A DNA stretch of 64,000 bases. Source: a virus. The position numbers were made by a program, and so were the translations under genes. The stretch's first letter is position 1. Each line of letters starts with the position of its first letter. This document shows, in pieces, positions 1 through 11,106 of the stretch. The DNA is taken from IMG/VR virus record IMGVR_UViG_3300045988_062714, positions 36,078 to 100,077 of that record; one strand, 5' to 3'. The notes beneath the pieces are model-generated. The model saw only the letters and a program-made list of their open reading frames with translations, did no database searches and was not told the DNA's origin.

Positions 1-2
1 AG

Positions 3-888
3 CGTTCTGGGCTTCCAGAATCCTATTTAGCGGCTATATGTGCAGACTTCTAGGAAAGACTTGGCAGATTTCCCCACCTTGATGAAATTAAGGGAGTAGA
101 TTCTTCAAATTATTTGACAGAAGAGCTAAATATTAAACGTGGGATTACGAAGGAATAGTAGATTTATAGGCTTACTGGGAAAAATGATTTACAATCTTCA
201 TAGGTATGGATAAATGATAACTTTAGAGACCTAGAAGTGGAGTTTTCTCCATTCTTTGGCGATATTAAGGTATATATTACTCATAGACCTATTACTCAAG
301 AAATCTCTACTCCTGTAAGTCATTCTAAAATAAGCGATACGCTAGTTGTAGAGGAGATTGTAAGTAAATTGCGGGACGTATATGGACTACCAGTAGAATC
401 TGTTATAACAGAGGATTTAAATGAATATAAAGAATCTCCAATTTTTTCGGAAGGTGGGATAACTTATGTAAATGCAGATGCTGTTACCCTAGATACCCCA
501 GTAATAGAGCTAATTCCTCTGTTAATTACTTCACTCCACGGTACAGAACTTTACGATAAGCTAATTAAAGATAACGAAAAAGAATTTTCTAAAGAATTAA
601 GAAATAGAATAATAGATAAAAGCGAAAAATTATAGTTTCTTCCAACCAACGTATAGTATGAGTTAATGTATAATATGAAGCGTGTATTAGACTCTATTCT
701 AATGGGGGAATCTAGTATTAGAGATATTAATGACGATATATTATTCAACAGTACTTTGAGGTCACTTGCTAGAATAGTTAACTCTAAAATCGATGTTTCT
801 AATTCTAATATACTAAGTCTGGATTTGGAAGAAAAGCACAAATAGTTAATGGAAGAAGGGAAGGTAACTGAATACTGTCATGTCTGAA
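3..888 (+). CDS. Late-module protein, N-terminally truncated by the window. Frame 3 is open only if TAG is sense. In-frame TAG at 51, 156, 159, 201 and 633; real stop TGA at 886-888.
   Basis: Frame 3 from base 3 to 888 has no TAA or TGA but five TAG codons. The stop overlaps the ATG of the next gene (ATGTCTGA). Confidence 0.5.
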
Positions 889-3800
889 TGTATATATAAA
901 TTTAAAGACCACGAATTTAGTAGTAAAAAGGAGTATGAAAACTTTCTACTACAAAAAGGAGACGAACTATACGAAATCTACGGGGATTTGGTATTTAATG
1001 CTTTAGATAACGTAATAACTTAGGAAGCTTTAAAGAAAGTTAAAGCAGAGGCTCAAAAGCATGTTAAAGCTTATGCTGAGGCTAAGAAATTATACTAGGA
1101 TGGAGAAGATAATCTAGAATTTAAACGCCCTTATATTGGTGTAACGGAATTTCTCGCGGATCTTACTAATTCTAAAGACTAGCTTTTAATGCCTTCTTTT
1201 AGAGAATTTGAATATTGGAGAAGACGTATTAAGGACTGGAAAGATCCCACTAAAGGATTTAATAATGACGAAATAGAACTATTCGGGAAGAATGTAACCG
1301 TTACCGATAATGTTAGCGAAGACTAGCTGAAGGAGTATTTAGATAACTTTGATAATAATTCAGAAACTACCAGTTAGACTTTAGGATTAATCAAACAAAT
1401 GAAGGATAAGTGGAAAGCACAGGGCGAATTAGGTACAGAGATCCATAGTATCTTAGAAATGCTTTTCAGAACTACAAAGGCTGGATTACTTATCACCCAG
1501 AGTGACAAAGCCATTAAGAGCTATATAAATTTACAGTATAAAGACAAAAAATTAAAGCAGGATACTATAAATAGTATAATTAAGTATGGAAAAAAGTTAC
1601 ACGAAGATTTAATTAATACATATGGACAGAATCTAACTTTCTTTCCTGAGTTTAAAGTAGTTACCAAGTTGGGATATGAGATCGAAGGGAAAGGAGATAC
1701 CATCTTAGGAAAGATAGACCTATTGGTAGTTGATGGGGATGGGTATGCTCATGTTATTGACTATAAGACTTCCCCTAAAGATTCTTTTGATTCTGCGAAA
1801 CAGAGAGCTTTTTGGTATCAGATGGGATTATATCATAGAATGATTGAGAATGCCGGAATTAGAGTTAACAGTCCATCACCTAAAGTTATTGTTGCTCCTA
1901 TAAAAATGCATAATTTCAGGTAGGAGGGAGACACTTGGGTATTTGATACTATTTCAGCTAGGTTAGGAGAGTCTACTTTGGAAGATATAACTACTAGAGC
2001 AACATTAAATGAGGTTGCTGCTAATATTGATGAGTTTATTCCTCCTACCCCAGTTATTGATTTAACTCCCAAGGAAATTGTAACTAATGTTTCGTAGGTA
2101 ATGGAGTATTCGTTTCCTAGTATAAATATGAGTAAGACTTGGGGAGACGAAGAAATAAAATCTATGATGGAAGGAAATATTGAGTAGGACCCAGAGTCTA
2201 AGAAATGGGTATTTAAAACTGAAAACTCTAAGATTCCATATACTGCTAACACTTAGGAAGAACTTTTTGAAAAAGTTAAAAAGTTCTATTAGGAAACTCT
2301 CCCAAAAAAACGCAGAGATATGGTAGCCTCTGTGGAAATGGCCTTGAAGAAAGGCATAAAAGAAAATACTAGTCTAGTTCCTTTACCAAAATAGGGAAGT
2401 ATTAATGTTAAACAAGGAGCTTCCGCAGAATGGTTCTAGAATCTAATGGGTAAGTACTGTAGGAACTATTATGAAATTATCGAAAATGAAGCAATAAAGG
2501 CTTATGGGGTTATTCTACTAAGAAACAAGCTCAACGGGTAGATTGATATATTGAAAATTACTACTGACAATCTAGATTATTCTCATAAGTTTAATAAATC
2601 TAGTAGAAGATAGTTATTAACTGGGGCATTTGAAGTAGATAGTGTATAGGCTAGGAAACCTGGTTCATTGGCTATGAAAGCTACCAATGGAAACATACAC
2701 TTGATGGAGACAATGGCAATCCTAAACTGTTTGCCTGAAATAACCTCTAAAGAAGGAATTATTGGAAATATACTTGTAGCTAATCCCCATTCTCTACAGG
2801 GTACAGCGGCATCAAACGAGGAATTAGTCTACAATTTCGGAGAGTTAGTATCCCACATTGATGGATTCTAGAATAATATTAAGAACATTAAATTTGCGAA
2901 TAAAGTAGAATTGGCTAAAAATAAGCTTAGAGAAGTATTAGAACTTGGTGCTAGCACACACTGGGAAGAGGATAAGTATAAGTTTGTAGGAAAGTATAAG
3001 GATTTATATACATAGTTGGATGAAGCAGTCTCTACTAATGACAGAAGAGATATTCTTAGAAAATTGGAGGCAATTAGGAAAAAATTAGAAGAGCCTAATG
3101 GAGGTTTAAGAACTGAGTAGATAACATCGTTAGACACTTATAGTGAGGAGGGAAATGAGTAGAGAACTTTATATAATCATATAATGTTAGCTATTGCTGA
3201 AATATAGGGAGTGCAGTTTAGACAGCAGACTAAAGACAACGAGAAGTATCTTGAGAGCATGAATATATTTAATAACGGGGTTAAATCTCTGATGTTAGAT
3301 AATCCAGGAAATCTAGATAATGCTACTCTAAATAAATTAACCTCTCTTATTACTGAAGCTTATTAGAACACTCGTGAGGATATGATGAGGGAGACTCCAA
3401 TTATTAGAGAGCTAGTAGAGGAACTAAAGAAAAGCAAAGGGTTTGGAAAGCTATCAGAAATGACTGTTGGCAATTAGGCAAGCTTGTATAGAAATATGAT
3501 AGAGTATAAAGATGGCGATATTCTATTTAAGAATCCCTGGAGCAACAAATTCTCTGGTACTGAACAGGAAAAGAAATTTCTTAAATATGCTCTTACTAAG
3601 ATAAATTAGGATAGGTTTGGAACTGATGAATTGGATGAAATGATAACTACAGAAGATGTTAGATTCTTTAGAGTTCCATTGGCTGTAGGAAGTTTATCCT
3701 CACAAGCTTCTTAGTTAGGAAGTATTGCTGAAGCATTCAAGAAGAGATTAGTTAGTAGATTGAGTCCAAAAAGATGGTGGGAAGAAACACAGAAATAGTT

Positions 3801-5589
3801 TCTAGGAGTATTCTCAGATGTCTAGAATCCCTCTTCTGAAGGAGAATTATTTCAGATGAATAATATGTTTGATGCTGGAAAGAATACAGAGTAGAGACTA
3901 GAGAAGATTGCAGAGAAGGGATATGATTATTTTGAGAATAATCTAGAAACTTTGTTATTAAAGCATATATTTGCTTACTCTACTAAGAAAAACGTTGATT
4001 TAATTATGCCAATGGCTAAAGCATCAATGATCCATGTAATCACTTAGGGATAGTTAACTAATAAAAAGTTTACTAATACTGCCAATTATATCACAGATTA
4101 TATAAAATCTCATATTAAAAACGAATCTTTAATTCCTGAAAATTAGTAGAATTTTAATGCTATTGTTAGCAGAATTAAAAATGCGGCATCATTCTTGGTG
4201 CTGGGATTTTCTCCTATTTAGTATGGCTACTAGATGATATAGGCTCTTTGGACCGATATAAGGCTAATGTATTAGGGAAGAGGAGATGAAAACACTCCTT
4301 TCACCTTTGAGAATTTTGCATTTGCTTTTAAAGAAGTTTATAGAGAACTATTTACTCTTGGAGGAAAGCCTACTAAATGTAGCCTATTAAATGATATGTT
4401 TGCTATTAACGATAGAGATATGAATACTTATGCAGAACAGACTAAATCAGATAGGTATGGAATATTCAATATGTCTAATATTGCTTTTCACTGCACCAGC
4501 AGACCAGATTATTACAGTAGAATGTCTATATTTGTCACTTAGTTAAAATAGGATGGCAGTTATGATGCCTATGAAAAAGTTGGAAACAAACTAGTATATG
4601 ATTGGAAAAAGGATAAACGCTTTGAAGCATATGCTAATGGAAGGACTGATGACCCCAAATATAACGAACAAAAAGGGTTATATTACGCTATAGCTGAGTA
4701 GTTAGAAATAGAACATGCTAAAAATGCTGACGGTAGTTTATTCTAGATCGGACAACCTTTACCTAAATCTCATACAAACCAGCAGATTGAGAGTTTCAAA
4801 TCGTTAGCTGATGATATTTATGGTTACTATGCCCACGAAAAAAAGGCAATGATTCATTCCTATACTCTCGGAGCCTTGTGGATGCAAATGAGAACTTTCT
4901 GGTCTGGTAAGAAAAACCAGTATTTGGGAGGATAGGGTATCAAATTAAAAGGACGCTATGCTCAGTAGAAGGATGCTAATGGTAATTTGTTATACCTCAC
5001 CGAAGAAAATGGCAGAATGATACCAACTACAGAAAATACTGGAGTTCCAGTAGTAAAGTGGGAGGGAGAATGGTAGGAAGGAATTATGCTAACCTTATCA
5101 TAGTTAATATCTGGAACCTTTCAAGGAGATGGATTAAAGCATACTTTCGAAGATATGTGGTATAATGAGGATGAGAAGCTTAGAAATCTCTATAGAGCCA
5201 ATTTACGACAAATCTAGTATGATTTACTAATGTTCTTTATTGTTGGTTCTCTTGTCACTGGAACATTAGCCGATTGGGATGATGAAAACATGAAGAAAGC
5301 TAAGGATTCTAGAGATATAGACGATGCAGCTATAGCAGCTGCTGCTCATATGGCATGCAAGATGGTAAGTTCGTCTTTTTTAGACCTTAACTTTATTGAA
5401 TCTATTGGAGGACCACTAGTTTATTGGCAACCAATGTCATTTAGTTATTTTTCTAGAAGAGCCGAAGATATATATAATATAGCATTTGGGGATACTTCTT
5501 TTACTGATGCTCTTATTAGAATGTCTTCATTAACAAATAATACTAAGATATTTTGGAATACTTTACTTCCTGAAAGGGAGTAGGAATAA
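877..5589 (+). CDS. Giant late protein of about 1570 aa, probably virion-associated, with about 45 in-frame TAG codons read as sense. Contains a PD-(D/E)XK-like segment (IDLLVVDGDGYAHVIDYKTS).
   Basis: I read frame 1 codon by codon from 877 to 5589. It has zero TAA or TGA and many TAG, and terminates at TAA 5587-5589 just before a hairpin terminator. It joins track ORFs 1399-1923, 2668-2871 and 5230-5583 in one frame. Confidence 0.6.
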
Positions 5590-5595
5590 AAAAAT

Positions 5596-5640
5596 AGGGA
5601 GAAACATAGACTTTATTGTCTACGCTTCTCCCTTTATTAT
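5596..5640. terminator. Bidirectional rho-independent terminator at the junction of the convergent + and - modules.
   Basis: 8-bp perfect stem AGGGAGAA/TTCTCCCT with an inner stem TAGAC/GTCTA. It is flanked by AAAAAAT upstream and TTTATTATTT downstream, between the stops of both modules. Confidence 0.55.
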
Positions 5641-6159
5641 TTACCAAGTATTGTAATCAGTTATGTTCTTACTCTCCTTACATACATTACATTTAACAGA
5701 TTTACCTATACCTATTCCACTATGTGTAAATGTTACTGAACATCCACACGCCTTTATTCCCTTATGTAGTTCATAATGTTGTTTTTGAAATTCGGCATAT
5801 GCATTTGCCTCCTTCTCATTCAAACTATAAGAGATAGCACTAGGTTTAAATATATTAGATATACAAGCAGTACCATCAGTACTAATAACAAATCCAGAGG
5901 AAGTTCCTTCTTCCTTTTTGTCCTCGTTAATCTGCCGAATCCTTTCTTTGCAAATATGGATAATCTTCTCGTAATCCATTATTCTAGCATCCTCTTTAGA
6001 CTTACCAGGTTCTTCCTTAGTTCTCAGTATCCTCTTTACAATATCCGCATCCCATGGATTCAAATTATATTCTCTCCAAATATCCCAAGGTTGTATTTTA
6101 TGCTTGCTGTAATTAGAATTTCCTACATTATAGCTTCTAATGTCTTCATTCGTCTCCAT
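5641..6159 (-). CDS. Hypothetical protein with a C-terminal Cys-rich (zinc-ribbon-like) tail.
   Basis: Intact ORF. ATG at 6159; the track M at 6162 is a TTG. C-terminal CGCS...CNVCK. Confidence 0.45.
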   Translation of the reverse strand: METNEDIRSYNVGNSNYSKHKIQPWDIWREYNLNPWDADIVKRILRTKEEPGKSKEDARIMDYEKIIHICKERIRQINEDKKEEGTSSGFVISTDGTACISNIFKPSAISYSLNEKEANAYAEFQKQHYELHKGIKACGCSVTFTHSGIGIGKSVKCNVCKESKNITDYNTW

Positions 6160-6347
6160 CAACTATTTCGATTTTATATTCAAGTTCCATAGAATCTCTT
6201 AAAGTGTCTAAATCATCTACGAACATAATTACGTCTCCAGAATCCACAAAGTCTCTTAAGACCTCTATAAAATCAAACTCATCGAGTTCGTCATCACATT
6301 CCTTAGCATAGGCTACTCCTGTTCTGCTCAATAATACTCTATACATA

Positions 6348-6608
6348 TTAATTACCGTTTATAATTGATATAATAGTGCCCAAAGAAACAGCACCTACTG
6401 TTCTCTTAACTTCTTCATCTTGCTCGTTATAATATATCAAAACTGGAACATTTCGTATACCTCTTGCATTCGCAAGTTCTTCCTCTTCGTCTACATCATG
6501 CTTGACAATTTCTATTCCAGTAAGCTGTTCTAACGTCCTGTCTAGTACTTTGCATGGTCCACACCATGATGCTCCAAACTTTTCAATTCTTGTAATCATT
6601 TTAATCAA
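6348..6608 (-). CDS. trx: Thioredoxin/glutaredoxin-like redoxin (NrdC/NrdH-type hydrogen donor for the RNR).
   Basis: FGASWCGPCK active-site motif (WCGPC), 86 aa. Confidence 0.75.
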   Translation of the reverse strand: MIKMITRIEKFGASWCGPCKVLDRTLEQLTGIEIVKHDVDEEEELANARGIRNVPVLIYYNEQDEEVKRTVGAVSLGTIISIINGN

Positions 6609-7492
6609 ATAGGCTTAGTTCTTGACTTATCTGTACTCTGTTATTTACGTACTTAATTGGTTCCGTTATTTCTCCAGAAATAAGTTCAGAGTTAGGATTT
6701 TCTGGTATTCTTTTAGCCAGATTATGATCTATAGTAGCATAACAATATTTACATCCCATCTTACAAGTATCGTATTCTCCTATTCCGTAGGTCTGAACGC
6801 TACAAGTACATCCACTAGTAATAGAAGCTTTAGTCGGCTTTATGTTAAGCCCAAATATCTTAGGACTCATACATCCTTCAACATATACCCCAGGATATTC
6901 CTTTCCTAATCTACATATCTGTAAATGTAGATTATTCTCGGATATAGCAATAACTCCCATTCTCATAGTAATCCAGTCCTTTTCCTCTTCAGTGAAAGGA
7001 ATTATTTCTGGCATATTAGCTAATGTGTGGGAATATGGAGTAATAAAACTAAATATACATCTACTTACATACTTGGACAATTCTTTAGCCATTTTCTTGA
7101 AAGAATCTACTAACCATTCGCAAGATATTTTGTTAGTCTTAAGTAAAGGGTCAAACCTCCACAAAACATTTTCTTTGCCTACTATCTTACTCAACTCTTT
7201 TAAAGTCTTTATACTTTCATCTACCGATGGAACATTTGGCTCTATGTCAGTTCCATATGGAGTAATAGTATATACACTTATACTTGGAATTGATTTCTTG
7301 AATATATGGTAATATTTTAGAATAGTCCTTAGAACAGAAGGCTATACAGTCTACATCCTTTAAGGAGTATGCTGTAGTAACCTTAGTTCTAGGATTCTGG
7401 GAATAAATAAAGTCCTTATGTAACAATTTATCTACCAGCCAATCAGTATAACAAGCTACTATGTCAGTTCTTAAGCTGATGTTTAGAATCAT
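6601..7492 (-). CDS. DUF1848-like radical-SAM-related protein with a C-terminal CxxxCxxC cluster. It is split over two frames, by a frameshift, an overlapping-gene arrangement or an authentic indel.
   Basis: Track ORF 7247-7492 has an ATG start. Track ORF 6601-7194 starts at TTG, and its frame stays open upstream to 7341, overlapping the first ORF in a +1 frame. The C terminus carries TCKMGCKYC. The combined length of about 295 aa fits a single protein. Confidence 0.4.
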
Positions 7493-7772
7493 TTATTTTT
7501 TCATTATCCTCGCTTAAAATAACTAATCTGTCTGCTAGTAAATTAGCTACCTGGTGGCGTACAGAGTCTGTAGTCCAATATCTCATTTGCGTTTCGATAT
7601 GTCTACGTACAAAAGTATCCATATCGAAGTCGTCAAAAGTTTTCTTTAACATAAGCTCAGCTTGAGACTGCACTGCCTCTTTAAGCCAAGCTCTTATATC
7701 ATCCTTGGTGATGCCCAATTCATTATGAATGTAATTCTTGAACATCATCCATTTATCATTCTTTTCTGACAT
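7464..7772 (-). CDS. Hypothetical protein.
   Basis: Intact 102-aa ORF with an ATG start, tightly packed with its neighbours. Confidence 0.4.
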   Translation of the reverse strand: MSEKNDKWMMFKNYIHNELGITKDDIRAWLKEAVQSQAELMLKKTFDDFDMDTFVRRHIETQMRYWTTDSVRHQVANLLADRLVILSEDNEKINDSKHQLKN

Positions 7773-8428
7773 TAGATATGAAAGTCTATTACTGAAATTT
7801 CAACATCATCTCCTACACTGTCTAGATACTCTTTAAACTCCTTGTTCCAAACATCTTCGTCTTTGTCATTTGTAGTCATAGCCCACCAACCCATACTAGC
7901 AGACTCATGCCAATCTCCGTCCTCTGTTACAAAACAGAATGGAATTCTATCTTTTTCCAACATAGCATCCCAGTCTACTTCTTCTTTGGTAGCAAAGATG
8001 GCATTGAGGGGTTCTCCGTCTTCTCCTTTTTCCTTAAGAAGTAACCATGCTCCCCATCTACCTCCTTCACAATACCAATCCCACTTAGAGTCAGGATTAT
8101 ATGTAGACATCAAGTTCTCTTCGTCATCAATTTCATATCCCCAGTTCTTAGCTTCTTCCCAGGCATCTTCATATGAGATAAACAACCCTTTCTCTATGAT
8201 TTTATTAGCTCTTTCAAGCTGTTCCTTTTCCCATTCGGTGGTAGGATTCTTATACTTATCTGCTAGCTTAATGGCATACTCATAGTTATCAGCGTGTCTG
8301 GTTTTAACCTCATCAATGGCTTCATCCTTTGTATATCTAACATATTGTTCTACCTCCATGTTTTCATCATAGGGTTCTAACAATGTTTCAACATTACTTC
8401 CGAATACTAGTCCTACAAAATGGCTCAT
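7772..8428 (-). CDS. Hypothetical acidic protein.
   Basis: 218-aa ORF. Its start overlaps the neighbour stop (ATGA). Confidence 0.45.
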   Translation of the reverse strand: MSHFVGLVFGSNVETLLEPYDENMEVEQYVRYTKDEAIDEVKTRHADNYEYAIKLADKYKNPTTEWEKEQLERANKIIEKGLFISYEDAWEEAKNWGYEIDDEENLMSTYNPDSKWDWYCEGGRWGAWLLLKEKGEDGEPLNAIFATKEEVDWDAMLEKDRIPFCFVTEDGDWHESASMGWWAMTTNDKDEDVWNKEFKEYLDSVGDDVEISVIDFHI

Positions 8429-8910
8429 ACTATATATTTTTTAACAATTTCTGAAATCATCTTACCGTCTGCTTGAGGAAATTCTGATTTCAAATATTTA
8501 ATCGCATTTCCCATTTCTTTCTTTGGAATTTGGAAACTAACCATATCTATTGAATTTTCTTCATTATAGAAATCTTCAATAAAGCCTTTTCCCTCACACC
8601 ATATTTGTAATGCAGAATGTATGTCTGGCTCATTTACAGGCTCAGGAAGCAACTTTTTTAGTACTTCCAATTCATCCCTATATTCAGTTGCCAAGTCCTC
8701 TCTACCAGCCTCTATAAAGCTAGAAATACTGTCCTCTAATTTCTTACACATTTTAGAAATAAGCTGTATCTCAGCTGCTTCATCATAAGGTTTAGCATTT
8801 TTAGCAGTTTGTAGAATCTGAATTTCTGCCTTCAGATTCTTATATGCACGAAGTTCTACTTGATTTTTAGACTTCATTGCTTTAGCTATACATTCGTTTA
8901 TATTTATCAT
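8425..8910 (-). CDS. Hypothetical protein.
   Basis: 161-aa ORF with a 4-nt start/stop overlap. Confidence 0.45.
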   Translation of the reverse strand: MININECIAKAMKSKNQVELRAYKNLKAEIQILQTAKNAKPYDEAAEIQLISKMCKKLEDSISSFIEAGREDLATEYRDELEVLKKLLPEPVNEPDIHSALQIWCEGKGFIEDFYNEENSIDMVSFQIPKKEMGNAIKYLKSEFPQADGKMISEIVKKYIV

Positions 8911-9245
8911 TTTAAATTATTTAATCCTTCTTCTAAAACTTCATTTAACCAAGTGCCTCCATTGTAAAATTGGACAATGTACTTGTAAGTTCCATCTCCA
9001 TTACTTCTAACGTCAACCAAATAGGAAGTGTCTTCTGGATATTGAGTATCACCACATTTATACAGTTCTCCGTTTAACACTTTATAAGTATCATCCACAT
9101 CCATTAAGGTTTCAGCATATGTATCTCCTTCATAAGCAATCTCATAACCATATTTCTTACAAAGATACTCACAATATTCTTCTACTGTAAGTCCTTTTGT
9201 ATTAATTTTAGTTAAAGTTCCTGTATGTAATTCAACACAACTCAT
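8907..9245 (-). CDS. Hypothetical protein.
   Basis: 112-aa ORF. Confidence 0.4.
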   Translation of the reverse strand: MSCVELHTGTLTKINTKGLTVEEYCEYLCKKYGYEIAYEGDTYAETLMDVDDTYKVLNGELYKCGDTQYPEDTSYLVDVRSNGDGTYKYIVQFYNGGTWLNEVLEEGLNNLK

Positions 9246-9320
9246 ATTTCTAGAGTATAATTAGAAATCCAATCTCCACAACATTCACAATGTCCTAAGT
9301 CTTTATATTCTCCTAGATGC

Positions 9321-9476
9321 TCAATAAGAGACATCCTGAAGAGTAGCTATATCGGTTTCCCTATCTAGCATGGCTCGTATAGATACTTTTATCTCTTCCG
9401 GAGTCATGTATGCAGTCTCTTTTCCATCAACGGTAAGGGATGTGCAAATACATCCGTCAGTATATTCTATTTTCAT
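9321..9476 (-). CDS. Small ORF of 51 aa, absent from the >=60-aa track.
   Basis: ATG (9476) through TGA in an otherwise empty 240-nt gap. Sequence MKIEYTDGCICTSLTVDGKE... Confidence 0.3.
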   Translation of the reverse strand: MKIEYTDGCICTSLTVDGKETAYMTPEEIKVSIRAMLDRETDIATLQDVSY

Positions 9477-9486
9477 AATTAATTTA

Positions 9487-9690
9487 TTACCTATTATAAT
9501 CCAAAGTCTTAACCAAATACTTGATTGCTTCTAACTGTCCATATGTTAAGGATATCAGTTTGTCATTTAAACAAATATCCCAACCTTCTCCATTTGCCCA
9601 TTCTGTTACTTCTATAAAGTCTGAATCCTTCGCCAGATGGTCATACTTTTTTAATTCGTCGCTTACAGCTTTTCTTTCATGAATTTCCAT
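9487..9690 (-). CDS. Hypothetical protein.
   Basis: 67-aa ORF. Confidence 0.4.
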   Translation of the reverse strand: MEIHERKAVSDELKKYDHLAKDSDFIEVTEWANGEGWDICLNDKLISLTYGQLEAIKYLVKTLDYNR

Positions 9691-9691
9691 A

Positions 9692-9814
9692 TCAAATAAT
9701 TATTTTAAAATATACAGAAGTCTTCCAGGTTCTCCAACCTAGAAATTTAGTAGGAACCCAGTTAGGTTTTCCTATTAAATCTCTAAGTTCTAATGGAGTC
9801 AAATCAAATTCCAT
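9692..9814 (-). CDS. Small ORF of 40 aa (MEFDLTPLELRDLIGKPNWVP...).
   Basis: ATG at 9814. Its stop lies 1 nt upstream of the next gene's ATG (tight packing). Confidence 0.3.
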   Translation of the reverse strand: MEFDLTPLELRDLIGKPNWVPTKFLGWRTWKTSVYFKIII

Positions 9815-9824
9815 CCCTTGAACA

Positions 9825-10427
9825 TCATCTGGAGACAGTCCTATCCAAACTTTCATTCTTCTGAGATTCTATTTTTTCTTTAACTTCCCTATATGATATT
9901 GGGGTAAAATTATTATTATCAACTCCGACATCATACTGAGTCGGTAATAATACCCTAAGTCTAGAAATATCCAAACCATCAGCTTGTGGTCCGGAGTGAA
10001 CATGGCCAAACAGTTGCCATACTCCTCTATATGACCCTCCATAACACAGAAATGGATAATGGTTTAAGTAGATAGAATTATCCTCAATTTCTATCTGCAG
10101 CTGAGGTACTACCATATCAAAATATAACATATATCCCTGTCTAAGATTCTTTCTGTCATGATTGCCTATAATGAGGTTTATATGACCATTTAGACGAGGG
10201 ATGATGCTATTCCATACACTACTTCCACCAAAGGCAAAATCTCCCAGATGGAAGACCGTATCGTCCTTAGAAACCACCTTATTCCAATTTTCTATCAGAA
10301 CTTCGTTCATTTCTTCTACATTTTGAAAAGGTCTATTACAAAACCTAATTATATTGGCGTGTCCGAAATGAGTATCTGAGGTAAAAAATGTATGGTCTGG
10401 ACTATACTTAATCTTCTTTTCGCTCAT
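9825..10427 (-). CDS. Calcineurin-like metallophosphoesterase.
   Basis: Motifs HLGDFAFGG, IIGNHDR and GHVH. Confidence 0.6.
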   Translation of the reverse strand: MSEKKIKYSPDHTFFTSDTHFGHANIIRFCNRPFQNVEEMNEVLIENWNKVVSKDDTVFHLGDFAFGGSSVWNSIIPRLNGHINLIIGNHDRKNLRQGYMLYFDMVVPQLQIEIEDNSIYLNHYPFLCYGGSYRGVWQLFGHVHSGPQADGLDISRLRVLLPTQYDVGVDNNNFTPISYREVKEKIESQKNESLDRTVSR

Positions 10428-11106
10428 TCTCTTCTAGTTTTTCAGCAGTTATATTATACCCAGTTTTCATCCAACAATAAAACTTAGATGAAACCATTTT
10501 TCTAAATTCAAAGTAAAACATCTCTTCTCTAGCTAATATAGGAAATAGGGTATGCGTTACTGCCAAGATTGAAACATTAAATTTCTTATGCAAGTTCCTG
10601 TACATATTAGACATTCCTACTTGGCGAGATAGATCGAATCCCTTGTCAACTTCATCAAACACTAATAGAGTTTTCTCATCCCAATGTTCCTTGTTTTCTT
10701 CTAACCATTTACTTAACATCGCTAGACCTCTCTGACCTGTAGACATACGTTTGGTTTGGAATCCTCCGTTCTCAAGTAAGGCTTCTGCTGAAGCACTATT
10801 ATTAAGACTCGTTGGGTCATCAAATTCGGCACTAATGAAATAAAACCTAGTAAAGTCAGTACTTATTTCAACCTTATTTTTGAATCCTCTAATATCACAA
10901 TATCCAAGCTTAGTCTGATACACAGCGTTTGGGTCATCTTTGCTGTTATCACATTGATAATCTCTTATAACATTAACAAGAGTTGATTTTCCACACCCGT
11001 TATCTCCAGCAATCAGAATCTCTGGATGTTTACTAAAATCGAAATTAAATTCATCACCTTGCTTGAGGGTTCGGAAATCCTCAAGCATTTTTATATTAAG
11101 GTACAT
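10408..11106 (-). CDS. P-loop ATPase (AAA/ABC-like).
   Basis: Walker A IAGDNGCGKSTL and a Walker-B-like LLVFDEVD. Confidence 0.5.
   Translation of the reverse strand: MYLNIKMLEDFRTLKQGDEFNFDFSKHPEILIAGDNGCGKSTLVNVIRDYQCDNSKDDPNAVYQTKLGYCDIRGFKNKVEISTDFTRFYFISAEFDDPTSLNNSASAEALLENGGFQTKRMSTGQRGLAMLSKWLEENKEHWDEKTLLVFDEVDKGFDLSRQVGMSNMYRNLHKKFNVSILAVTHTLFPILAREEMFYFEFRKMVSSKFYCWMKTGYNITAEKLEENERKED

Noticed and set aside
551-3137. Track ORFs on the - strand inside the first 5.6 kb (551-841, 1521-1703, 1833-2252, 2868-3137).
   Set aside because: They lie antisense to a continuous TAG-recoded + strand gene. I treat them as shadow ORFs of AT-rich coding DNA.
7194-7356. Programmed -1 frameshift joining 7247-7492 to 6601-7194.
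   Set aside because: The geometry requires +1 (or -2), not -1. I saw no obvious slippery heptamer. I kept it as an open question rather than a call.
5776-8285. + strand ORFs 5776-6192, 6622-6909, 6842-7312 and 7842-8285.
   Set aside because: Antisense to tightly packed - strand genes with recognisable products. Low-complexity and hydrophobic composition typical of shadow frames.
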